64,000 nucleotides of DNA from the human T2T-CHM13v2.0 reference genome, Homo sapiens, in NCBI RefSeq assembly GCF_009914755.1, contig NC_060925.1; one strand, given 5' to 3'. Made by a program: the position numbers and the translations under genes. Below the pieces are notes generated by a model. That model was not told where the DNA came from, made no database searches, and was given only the letters and a program-made list of their open reading frames with translations. Shown piece by piece: positions 15,801 through 29,790 of this stretch (the stretch's first letter is position 1; each line of letters starts with the position of its first letter).

Positions 15801-17540
15801 TATTTTAAAATATCTTTATAGGTTAATTATTTCCTAGTATAGCTCTTTCTTGATTCCAGCCTTAAACTCTATTGTGCCTTCAGCTAAGGTTGTTCAAACC
15901 CCACCTGCAGACAGCCTCATGCCAGTCTCTTCAGACCAATTCTGACCTTAGAGAAGATTTCAGGGGCTGCTGGCTAATGTGTAGCTCTAACCTTGTGCCC
16001 CACATGTGCAAACTGACGTGGGCATCTGCCTTTTTTCTTGCGCTCAGGCCTCCTCCTTTCTTAGTCATCCTTGCCCCTCTACTTGTTTCTATGTCTGTCT
16101 CTCTCCTTCTTGACTCCATGGAATCTGGATTCGCCTTGCTGTGCTTCCTAGATTGTAAACTCTGCTTAGCTTCACTCATGACTTTGGAATGGGCATTAAG
16201 CTCCCAGGGGTCCCCTTGTAATTAATGTTCATAATGAGTGTAAATATGCTGCAGAGATTTGCAGCACAATATGCCACATGTGGATCTCATTGGGACCAAA
16301 AGATTGTAGCCCCAATTCTAAGGCCTTTAGGATATGGGAAATAGAGGCACATGAAGGGTTGTAAGAGGGCTAATAAGGCATGTGAGGATTAGGTAATTAA
16401 CGGATCTAGTGCCATCCTGGGAAATTTTGTAAAAGGGTTTCTCACTAGTCCTGCTCCTCTGAAGGCAAATTTCTTAATGTAAGATAATTCTTCATTTCTT
16501 TCTAGTTCGTGGGGGGTTTCCCTCTTGGGGAACATCTAGGGAGAGTATAGCTTTAGTTTGCATTTTCTTCCACCTGTGGTCTGGATTATAATTAAAGCTT
16601 TATCAGCAAGGCGCCATGGAGTGAAGTGAAGTAATTATCTGGATAATCCACATTGAAGAGAAAGGAAATGTTCACGTCTTCGTTTAGATTATTCTACGTG
16701 GCTTTGTCTTTGTGAATCAGTCAATAAGGTAACCATGTGGAGGATAGAAAGCGCATAATAGAAATTCATTAAATATTTGCTGGATGGATAAATCTTTTAT
16801 TCAAAATACTAATTATTATCAGTAGTTCTTAATAGTTCTGGCTTGCATTTAGGTTTTATACGTGCTCTCATCTCTTGGCTTGGCAAGTTAAGATACAGGA
16901 ATAAGAAGATCGATTTCATTCCCCAAATATGCCTTAGTTCACTTAGCTGTGGAAGAGAATCTGGATTTTACTGGTTTATTGTAAAATATTTTTTTGTAAT
17001 TTACCAGACAATGTTGCACCTTTTCTCTTTTCTTAACTTGAACAGTAGAAACCTGATACCACAACGGCCTTTGAATTTGGGGAGAAAAATCAATTGGTGA
17101 AACCATTGGTTTGCCTCTCTATAGATGAATTATTGAGTTGACTGATCAGCTTGTTTCACTTATCTAAAAATTTCCTGAAGGAATGTTAATGCTTGGGGGC
17201 AGAACACTGGTTTCCATGTTCTATGTCTTCTGTGACATTTGTGACTCTGAAGTGTATTTCTCGTCACAAGACTTTCAATCCTTGACCAATAACTTTCACA
17301 GCTTGAAAGCTAGAGACATCCAAACCAAGAATAAGAAATAGGAAAGAAGAAAAAGAGGACAAATTTGATGGACACAGATCTTGATTTTGAGTTTATCTTT
17401 TTCTTTATTTCCTATGTTCTTGGGAAAAAAATATTAAAAGTTTCAGAAACCGGAAGCCTTGCTTGACTTTCTTTGTAATTTTACATAGTCCCCTTAACTA
17501 CCCTGTATCTTGCTTTGTCATCTGTTTAAAGGGAATGATT

Positions 17541-17883
<343 letters not shown>

Positions 17884-18534
17884 TCACAAGACATTAGTGA
17901 GAACCATATGAAATGCATGTAGAAAACTGAAAACTACTGAACTGCCTACAAATATAAGGGTAGTGTCAGAAATGGCCGTGATATGAAGAAACCTTGGTTT
18001 TCATATTGTGGGTATATCCCACAATCAGAAACCTAGAAAACTAATTCCATCAAATAACTTATTATATCAATGTCCATGCCCTAACTTAAAGATAAACTAA
18101 TAGGAAAGAAGGTTGCATCCTGTGCTGGAAAGAATTCTGTACCAGACAGGCACCTAAGACCGTGTCCTGGATTAGTCTGCAGTGTAGTTAACAAAAAAGT
18201 AACACAAAAAGCATTTTACAAAATCAACAAACTGTATTTTACAACAGGTAAAGATAATCTCCTCCCTCTTTTTTACTAAATGACACTTGCCTGAGTAGCC
18301 AAGGGGCTAGCGGAAGAAGTAGCCCTATGCCTGAGAATGCCCTTCAAGCTTGTGCAAGTACTCAGTTTCTTTGTCACAGGGCATAGAAATGGACTGCTAG
18401 ACTCAGGATGACTCCCTGCTGAGGATCGTCCTTTCTATATAGAGCTTAAATCTCCAGCCTACCCAATTTTTGCAAAGTCCTCTGCAGTAACAGAGTTTAT
18501 GTGTTTGAAGGGGAACAGGACTACTTATAAAATA

Positions 18535-18975
18535 TCAGCTCTGCTTCTTACTAGCAGATTTGTCGGCTTGCACAAATCACCTTACCTTTCTGAATCTTAA
18601 TTCCTAATTTTATCTAAAATGTGGAAAATAGGGCCAGATGCAGTGGCTCACCCCTGTAATCCCAGCACTTGGGGAGGCTGAGACAGGTGGATCACCTGAG
18701 GTCAGGAGTTTGAGAGCAGCCTGGCCAACATGATGAAACCCTGTCTCTACAAAAATACAAAAATTAGCTGGGCGTGTTGGCACGTGCCTGTAATCCCAGA
18801 TACTTGGGAGGCTGAGGCCAGACAATTGCGTGAACCCAGGAGGCAGAGGTTTCAGTGAGCCGAGACAGTGCCATTGCACTCCAGACTGGGCAACAAGAAT
18901 GAAACTCTGTCTTAAAAAAATAATAATAAATAAATAAATAAAATAAAATCTACTTCATCTGATTGTTGTGAGATA
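18535..18975 (+). mobile_element. MIR interrupted by Alu
   Basis: CAGCTCTGCTTCTTACTAGC...ATCTAAAATG|Alu|ATCTACTTCATCTGATTGTTGTGAG. Confidence 0.6.
18632..18948 (+). mobile_element. AluSq/Sx-like
   Basis: Full Alu with (TAAA)n tail. Confidence 0.95.
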
Positions 18976-19261
18976 CCTGGACCATTGAGGGGCTTCAACC
19001 ATGTTGGTTTTCTTTATAGTTCTCTTTCCTGTTTAAGGAGAGCCAAATGAGTGAATCTTTGTTCAATTATTCCAATGTCTCTCCATTTTCCTCTCTTTTC
19101 CTCCTAGATGACAGAATCAGACATCCAAAGTAAATATTCACAGCTATTCCACCACCACAGCCCTCTGATTTTATTGTCACCATGTAGAACAATCACATTC
19201 TCTAGCCCTCTCTTAGAGCTCAGTAACAGTTCAAAGCACCCTGTCCTAGGCTAAGCAAGCC

Positions 19262-19345
19262 TAGAAAGAGAGAAAGAGAAAGAATGAAAGAGAAAGAGAC
19301 AGAGAGAGGGAAGGAAGGGAGACAGTAAGAGGGAGGTGGAAAGAA
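19262..19345. repeat. GA-rich low-complexity tract
   Basis: agaaagagagaaagagaaagaatgaaagagaaaagagacagagagagggaaggaaggg. Confidence 0.75.
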
Positions 19346-20059
19346 AGTAACCACCCAGTGAGGTCATCGTGCCTGCTGCCCAAATAGAGCTGATTTACTG
19401 AGACAGAGGAATTGTAATGGGGAAAGAGTTTAATACACATACAGCCCATTAAGTGGGAGACCGGAATTTTATTATTACTCAAATCAGTATCTCTGAAAAT
19501 TCAGAGGTTAGGACTTTTCAAGGAGTTTGGTGGGCAGGGGTCTAGGGAATGGGTACGGCTGATCAGTTGGGGTCGCCATCATAGGGGTGGGGAAAACTGT
19601 CCTTCGTTGCTGAGTCCACCTCTGGATGGGGGCACAGAGCAGTCACTGGTTTGGATGGAGCCATCCAGTCATTAGAAATGCAAACGCCTGAAGAAAGATC
19701 TCAAAAGTCCAATGTTAGGTTATATTAATAAAATAGTGATGTTATTTACAGGAGTAACTGGGGAAATTTACAAATCTTGTGACTTCCAGAACAAAGGCTG
19801 GTTATTGCTTAACTACATCTACATCTTAGCAGAATTCAGGCTCCTCTTATCCTCCTAAGTTGGTGGACTTTCATTAATTTTACCAAGGCAATTTAGTTTT
19901 GGGAAGGGCTATTATCATTTAAACTGTAACCTAAATTTCTTTCCAATTTAGCCTGGCCCACACTCAGGAAAGACTAGGGCAGTTTGGAGGTTAAAGGCAG
20001 GATAGAGTTGGTTAGGTCAGAATTCTTTCACTGTTATAAGTTTTGCAAATATGGTTTCA
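19346..20059 (-). mobile_element. LTR8/LTR8A ERV1 solo LTR, near full length
   Basis: Reverse complement starts TGAAACCATATTTGCAAAACTTATAACAGTGAAAGAATTCTGACCTAACCAACTC and ends ...GGGTGGTTAC, as in the LTR8 family. Confidence 0.85.
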
Positions 20060-20296
20060 GAAGGAAAAGTCATTTTCGACTCTGCACTTGGAGGCATTCC
20101 TTTAGTTTGTGTAGAAGCAGCTGGGAAGGAAGCCTGAGTTACAGGTCACCTAGGGATGGAGAGAGAGGCAGGTAGAAAACACTTGAGCTCAGAATTCTTG
20201 TTCTAGCTGAGCAGATGTATAGTAGTATGCAGTCAACAAATTGTCCTTAGGTGCTAGGTACTGGAGTACAAACATGAATGACACTCAGTCTAATTC

Positions 20297-20505
20297 AGTG
20301 CTATCCAATAGTATGTTCTATGATAATGGAAATGTGCTCTCCTGCACCTTCCAGTATGGTAATTACTAGCCATGTGGCTATTGAGCATTTTAAATGTGGC
20401 CAGTGTGACTGATGAACTGAATTCTTAATGTCACTTAATTTAACTTAGTTTAAATTTACATAACCACATGTATCTAGCTAGCGACAATAATATCAGACAG
20501 CCCAG
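20297..20505 (+). mobile_element. MER3 hAT-Charlie element
   Basis: CAGTGCTATCCAATAG...ATGGAAATGT...GCCATGTGGCTATTGAGCA...AAATGTGGCCAGTGTGACTG. Confidence 0.8.
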
Positions 20506-23132
20506 TTCTAATTTGTTGTTATTGGAAATATAGATTTGTGAGTGCTGGAATAGCTACCAGAAGATGACTTTAATCCATATACTCTCTTTTCTGGCATTAG
20601 CAGAGTTACCAAAGCTGTTGATGTTATGCTACTGGATTGTGGAGAGAGTAGGAAGACATTCAATGTATCCAAATCCAGCCAAATGAATAATACACCAAGC
20701 AAACCTCCATTTATAACTGCCTGTCAAGGATGCTGACCAGGTTTCATTCGGACATGGTATATCAGCTTCTGTTTTTAGGACGGCTGTTCAGATTGTGTCT
20801 GCCAGTTGTCATCTGAGAAGTAGACATAGAAGAAATTCCTGCTGAAGTGGCAGTAAAAATGATCCATAAACCTGCTGCTGATCCTTAACCTTCTGCATCC
20901 TTTCTAAGAGGATTCCTCGCACAGAGCTAATCCTTCAAAATCTTCCTTTTATGTGCTTTTGAAACACACCAACAACGATTTGAGACTGAGCCTATTATTT
21001 CCAGAAAAATTTTCAAGAACAAAGTGGTTGAGAATTAAAGTAAGTTTGTAAAGACAAAGAGATTTAATTGAATATGCACTTTGTTCTCAGAGTGATGTTA
21101 ATTATCCTGTGGGATATGCTAAAATAAGTTAAGGTTATATTCTACATTAAAGAACTAGACATCTACTTTAAGGAAAATAAAAATAAAATAAACACAGACA
21201 GTGTGCAAGGCAGCTTTTGCAAACGCTATCCACTGCTGCCTTCTTTAGAACCACGTTGACATTCTTCATCCTTATATTCTGTCTTCACTCTTTCTGCCCA
21301 AACCACCACTGAGCAGGGCAAGCTCTATTCCACCTACAGGTTGGGTCTATAATGAGTCTTATTGCCATAGATCCTGCAGTTAATGTGCTTGGTGCCTGCT
21401 CTACAAACAGTTCTCTATGCCACTGTTCTCCCAATTCCACTTGTATTAAACTTTTTTGTTAAACAAATTTCAGTATTCTAGTCTCCTAGGAGAATCCCAA
21501 ATTTTTTGGTGAGCCTGTACATCTGCTTAGTTTGCATTCATCTCTTGCCCTGATAGACTGAACTGTTTCTTTTTCTCCCAGCTGAAAGCTGAGAATTTTC
21601 TCCAACTCGAGCCATCCTGTTCCCATGCATTTGACTTAAAGTTTTCCCACATCCTGGCCACTCTCACCGTGGCCCACAGGCTGTGAGTCCAATATGGACT
21701 TCCTAGAATGTAGATTGTGGCACCAGCTAAAATCAAGCCTGGCTTTACCAGCCCCCTCCTCTACTTCCCTTCACCCCATTATCGCCCACAAACAACATGC
21801 TCTAGCTTGGAATTGGCTCCTTCTTCATGTAGGGCTTCCTCCTCCTCCCACCAACACTGACCATCCTGATCCTAACCTTCCCTGCAGCAAATCTGCTTGA
21901 CTGATGACAAACCCCTGGTGCTAAGTATTTCAGGGATTCTTGGGAGCCAATTTCAATTTGTGCTAATGCCTGATGTTTGGTGGTTTGGCACACGTTATAG
22001 TTGGCCAGAAAAAAGCCCCAATTCCTTATCCCAGAGACTGACCAATGTCAAATACTTCAGCATTTGGAGTGTCTGTGACATTGAATCAGTAAACGTCACT
22101 ATCAGAAATAAAATGAATCATCTCCCTTGCCTTTACGACACGCTTTCCAGCTCATTATTATAAGATGCCTGTTAAATTTTGTGTCCCCCTGCCAAAAGAT
22201 TAAGCCTCGTGTGTGTTAGCAGCGCTAATGAACCACTTGCTTTTGTATCTTTTTTCTAGATGGTTTGTCACCAGGGCTGTCCTGTCCTGTAAAGCCCCAG
22301 TGACAGTGAGCTGTTGACAGAGTATTAGAAAGAGCTCAGATCTTTAAAACCAGGGATGTGACAGAGAATTTTTTCAGTTTCCCAATCTTTACAGTCTCTG
22401 TGCTCTAACACGATTCCATTAAACCATAAAGATTAGAGCTTGTCAGGCCCTTAGCATCTTTCCTCTGATTTGCAAAAACGAGTGGGGGATTTGTTATTAA
22501 TTCCTGTTGTTGCAGCTACAGAGCAGGAACCATTAACTATAGCTAAGCCATTAACCTGATTGGTATTAATCAGAAGTGTCCCATGAGTCATATTGGTGTG
22601 AGAGGCCTGGATGTTTTTCAGTAGAGGGGCTTTGTGGAATCAAATGAGAATTGATTGATGATCCCAGAGTGCATGTATCCAACTCAGGAACCAGCCACAT
22701 TGTGGGTGCTTTGCTTTAATGAAAGCACTGCCCTCTCTGCATGCAAAGAAAGCAAGTTGGTTTAACTGACCCATCACAAAGATGGTCTGTGCTTTGAGTT
22801 ACTTCTTCAGCAGGGAGATTGGACTACACAGATTTATTCGCAGTCTCACCTAGCTCTTCCTGAGGCCAATGTTGTGTATCTTGAGAAACAAGGTACTGCA
22901 TTTTTCAAAGAGAAAGAGAGAGAAGGAGAGAGAGAAGTGAACTGGCACAAGTGAACCACTGGCATCTTCTGCCCTTCAAAGATTGCTCTTTGGAAGACTG
23001 GCCCAGAGATGCTATTCAGCACTAGCTCTTACAGAGTCTCTCCAATGGCTCCCATACATGGCACAACCAATATGTTTGAGGCAGATGTCAAAGAGTACAG
23101 TCCTCAGCCAAGACACAGAAACAAATTCAAGG

Positions 23133-23205
23133 AGTCCACTAGGGGATTAAGCCTGTGACCTTGGTGTCATCAGTATCATGCTCTAATTAACTGAGCTAAC
23201 CAGAC
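23133..23205 (-). pseudogene. tRNA-Ile-derived relic (probable MamSINE1 head)
   Basis: RC GTCTGGTTAGCTCAGTTAATTAGAGCATGATACTGATGACACCAAGGTCACAGGCTTAATCCCC aligns with tRNA-Ile(AAT) GGCCGGTTAGCTCAGTTGGTTAGAGCGTGGTGCTAATAACGCCAAGGTCGCGGGTTCGATCCCC; A and B boxes are mutated. Confidence 0.75.
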
Positions 23206-24384
23206 ACAGGTGCTCTGGACAGCTGAGCTAACTCTCTATAGAAAAGGCCAAAACAGAAAAGCATTCCCCACAGCTTTCATAATCTATTATTTACCAGCAA
23301 CCTTCTTAAACACTTTTTACTGAATGGCTGCCCTCAAAAACTACAGTCATGACTATGTCAACAAGAGAACCCAAATATTTCGGTAACTACCCAGATTACT
23401 AAATAACATTTACATTGGACAGCATACCACAAAAAGTTATTTTGAATAAGGAATATTTACCAGTTGGAAAAATGAAATTATATTCACAAAGTGGTTTCTA
23501 GTAACTTAATCCCAATTAATTTTTCATCCCCCACACTGTCCAAATACAGATGGTGAAAATCCAGAGGAGACCCAGGCAAAATGTGGCTATAAGACCTCTT
23601 CTGGCCCTGCCTCTTATGAACTCTACAATACAAAGTTTGTTGTTGTTGTTTGTCACTTGATTATATCCTGGTTCAAAAACAGACTTGAGAAAACTTATAG
23701 AAAAATATTTTACAATATATGGAAATATACATACCAGTACTACAATATAAAAACCTGAATAACTGTGGAAATTCAGTGAAGTAGCAAACAAGTATAGGAA
23801 AATAAAATGAAATGAGGAATACAGTTGGCATGTGTACTACAAACCAGAAGGTCCTGCACAGTTGTTAAAGGTGTTCTCAAAATTTGGTTGTTTAGTTGAA
23901 TTGAGAACACAATATTCGTAAAATACAAACAATCATAGCCCAGGAGTTGCATAGTGGTTCCTAATAAAAAGACCTATAATGAAAGTATGCCAAAGTTTCT
24001 ACTAAAGGGAGTGAGTCCCTCTTGTAAAACGGTAGATAAGGTCTTTACTCCTGACATCTCCATTGTAGAGGCAAAGAGGATATTATAATGAATGTCTTAT
24101 GGCTGCTGCTTTTAGGGTTGATGATATGAGTTACATAATACCTAGCATTCATTCTACTTACTGACACTGGCCATGGACTACTTGGATTGTAGATTCAGTT
24201 TCCTGTGCTCAGGTCCTGACTCTAACTAAACTGTTTCTCCTTAGAGCAAAGGTTAATCCCATTTCTTTGTATTACCTGAAGCTTGTACCTCAGACCATTG
24301 CACAAAGTAGGTTTCTCAAAAATGTTTAATTAATAAAGATATAAGACATCTATTATTTTGTGTGTTTAATACCTCTCAATAACT

Positions 24385-24883
24385 TCTAGCTCAGTGCCAC
24401 CTTCCCTTATCCACATGGTTACAATGAGTTGGGGCAGCCATGTTCAAACACTGAGAGCCCAGACCCTTGACCAAATCCAAAGATGATTTGGGGGAAGGCA
24501 CTAATTCAAGCTGCACAAACCAGAAACTTGGCTTACCTTTGGGCATTTGGAATCGAGACTAAGCTAGTATAGTTAACCTGATTTAACTCTCCAATGGTGA
24601 GTTTTAATAACAGGCGTTCTTGATGTTATTGAGAGCATTTTTATGCTCTGGAGATATGGAAACTGGTCACTTCTGTGGCAACTGGAGAAGAAAGATTCAC
24701 AGATGCAAGAAAAAGAAGGAAATGAGAGGCACAGAGAGACTTAACAGTTTCCCCTCACACTTTATTTCCTGAATGAAGTTCCTTGGTTCTGTAAGACATC
24801 TGTGTATCCATACAATAAATGTCTTTTTCTTAAGCTGCTTCAGTGGGTTTCTGCCATTCCCAACCAAAATTGTTACTAATACA
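24385..24883 (+). mobile_element. old ERVL/MaLR LTR (LTR33/LTR16/MLT1-like)
   Basis: AATAAA...CTTAAGCTGCTTCAGTGGGTTTCTGCCATT...CAACCAAAA...ACTAATACA terminus. Confidence 0.6.
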
Positions 24884-24919
24884 ATGGGCCATAGTAATCT
24901 AATTTGCCAATAATATTTT

Positions 24920-25020
24920 CAGTCATTGAATAAATATTTACTGGACACATACAATAAGCCAGGTACCATTCTAGGAGTTTGAAAGGCATCATGGAAAAAA
25001 CAGACAAGATTTCTGCCCTG
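24920..25020 (-). mobile_element. L2 3' fragment
   Basis: AATAAATATTTACTGGACACATACAATAAGCCAGGTACCATTCTAGG. Confidence 0.6.
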
Positions 25021-25057
25021 TTCTATGCCATACTACTCCTCCCTATGCTTTGCCTAA

Positions 25058-25467
25058 GGAACTGGTGATGTTTAACAAGGAGACAGTGTTAGGTATATTA
25101 GCATAGTTGTTTTCAAACATGTGAAGGTTAAACAAATCACAAAGGGACTTGACCCAAAAGAATTAGGGAAGGAGAAACTACCAAAGCTACTATAGTCTGG
25201 TAGGAAGTAGAACATTGAAAGTTTTCTAAAGTGTGTGTCTCAAAGTTTAGTATGCATTACAATCACCTAAAGGGGTTGTTAAAACATAGCCTCACCCACT
25301 CCCTAAGAGTCTCACTTAATATATTTGGGGTGTGGCTTGAGGATTTGCATTTCTAACTATCTCCCAGGGAGGGCAGATGCTGCTGCTCCACACATCACTC
25401 TTCAAGTTATTAGTGGTCTACAGCATGAAGGAGCCTGATTTCACCGTCAGTTCTTCCATGTGTTTAA
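25058..25467 (+). mobile_element. L3/CR1 fragment interrupted by MER5A
   Basis: GGAACTGGTGATGTTTAAC...TAGTTGTTTTCAAACATGTGAAGG matches L3 ORF2 end motifs. Confidence 0.5.
25230..25413. mobile_element. MER5A
   Basis: TCTCAAAGTTTAGTATGCATTACAATCACC...GATTTGCATTTCTAAC..CTCCCAGG...GATGCTGCTG. Confidence 0.8.
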
Positions 25468-25612
25468 AGAATGAACACCAACCCTTCACAAATGCTTCCA
25501 AAAGCAGAAGAGGAACAAACACCCAAATGTCTGTCAACTGATGAATGGATAAACAAAAGGTGGTATATCTATATAATGAAATATTATTCAGACTTAAAAA
25601 GAAATGAGATAC

Positions 25613-26811
<1,199 letters not shown>

Positions 26812-26877
26812 CAAACTTGCATTTTTTATATTTTTTTTTATATTATATAATGCCCCTGAATCTAAAATGAAATTTGG

Positions 26878-27186
26878 GGTCAGGCATAGTGGCTCACACC
26901 TGTAATCCCAGCACTTTGGAAGGCCGAAGCAGGCAGATTACTTGAGGTAAGGAGTTTGAGACCAGCCTGGCCAACACGGTGAAACCCCGTCTCTACTAAA
27001 AATACAAAAATTAGCCAGATGTGATGGCACACACCTGTAATCCCAGATACTCGGAAGGCTGAGGCACAAGAATTTCTTGAACCCAGGAGGCAGAGGTTAC
27101 AGTGAGCCAAGACCACACCATTGCACTTCGGCCTGGGTGACAGAGCAAGACATTGTCTCAAAAATAATAATAGTAATAAATAAAAA
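26878..27186 (+). mobile_element. AluSx/Sz-like
   Basis: Full Alu; TSD TAAAATGAAATTTG. Confidence 0.95.
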
Positions 27187-27462
27187 TAAAATGAAATTTG
27201 AAATTAAAAAATGAAATTTCGACATATATTGCAAAACCAATGAACCATGAAAACAGTATACTCAGTAAAAGAAGACAGTTACAAAAGGCCAAATATTGTG
27301 TGATTCCATTTATATGAAATGTCCAGAATAGGCAAATTTGCAGAGACAGAAAGTAGATTGGTGTTTGTCAGGGGCTGGAGGGAGTGAAGGACAGGGAGTA
27401 ATTGTTAATGGGTTTCTTTTGGAGTTATAAAAATGCCCTGAAATTAGATAAAGTGAAGGTTA

Positions 27463-28345
<883 letters not shown>

Positions 28346-28969
28346 GTTGCATAACTCTGTGAATATACTAGAGATCACTGAATTGTATAATTTAAAAGAA
28401 TAGGTGAATTATGTCTTGATAAAGCCATTACTAATTTTTTTTTATAAAGGAAGGCATGAGCCACCTTGGGACTAATGATGGACAGGCATTTCCAGTAAAC
28501 TTGCAGTTACTGGAGTGGCCTGACCCTAATTGGAGATTCCTTGAAATAGATGTTGAAGTAAGGAAATATAATGAAAAACTTTACCTTCTAAAGTCCTTCC
28601 TGATCCTCAGATTCTCTAGTGAATAAATCGATAAAGAGATTGTGATTTTAAGGTCATACTTATGCTACAGAATTGTAGACAATTGACACATACCATGAAT
28701 TGTTTGGGTATTGTCTTCTTAACATTGCTTTCAGGCAATTAATGACCCCACTACTTTGTACAGGATAAAAATATAACTAATGTTCTTTATGTGGACCCTG
28801 CTGAATTGAACTCCTAATATAACAGGTCTACTTCAGTGGCTCATGTACAGATCAATACCTAGAAAGGTATTATAGAAACATGGCACATTTAGACTCTTGT
28901 AGACTTAAACTCTGGCAGACTGTGATACAAATCCTTTACCACAGAGCAGTAGAGTTAATGCAAAAGATA

Positions 28970-29236
28970 TAGCACAGCCCACGGGTTAAAGTTATGGCCT
29001 CTGGAGCCAGACTCCCTGGGTATAAAACCTGGCTCTGCCACTTATTAGCTGTGTGATCTTGTTCAATTTATATAACCTCTTAGCTCTTCAGTTATCTTAT
29101 CTGCAAAATGGGAATAATAGGTAATTATCTACCTATGTACAGTTTAGTTTTATTATGAGAATTAAATGGCTTAATATTTGTAAAGCACTTTGAACAGATG
29201 TCTGACATACAGTAAACCATATAAAGGTTTGTTAAG
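28970..29236 (+). mobile_element. MIR, near full length
   Basis: GGTTAAAG...CTCTGGAGCCAGACT.CCTGGGT...CTCTGCCACTTATTAGCTGTGTGATCTTG...ATCTGCAAAATGGGAATAATAG. Confidence 0.85.
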
Positions 29237-29599
29237 TAAATCTACTGGGTCCAGTTTGGATAATTTTCCCATAAGGATGCCCATTTGGGAAGTAGATACT
29301 TATGAAAATGGGGCGACCTTCGAAATTACCCTCTTTTCTTGGATATTTCTGTTTTGTTAACTACATAAACAAATTCTCAACTAGGCTAATCTCAATTTAA
29401 GACTAAAAGTGGAACTTAAGAATGTGATTTGGATACATACAAATTAATCATTGATATGTTGGTTTCAATATAAAATATATTGTGCATTGTGTTCTAGCTC
29501 TTAAAAAGCCAACAAGGGATATGAAAGGTTTGTCTTTTCTCTGATGTAAACTCAAAAATTTTTCTCACCATAAAAATATGCCTCTTTAAGATCTATGTG

Positions 29600-29790
29600 T
29601 ACAAAACTCTAACTCATTTAATCATCATATAGGCATTACAATCTCCATTTTACAGATGAGGGCGCCTAGTCTCGGAGGATTTAAGCGACTTCTGTGAGGC
29701 CACACAGCTAGCAAAGAGGGATAGAGACAGGACTTAAACCCAAGGCAATATAACTTCAATAGAAATGCTCTTTCCACTTTCCCACACTCC
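29600..29790 (-). mobile_element. MIR
   Basis: CTCCATTTTACAGATGAGG core. Confidence 0.8.

Noticed and set aside
19085-19135. Strong acceptor followed by ATG and a possible 22-nt exon
   Set aside because: Weak donor (AAA|gtaaat), not frame-preserving, no other support
23133-23205. Functional tRNA-Ile(GAT) gene
   Set aside because: Invariant D-loop GG and T-loop TTCG are mutated; treated as a relic
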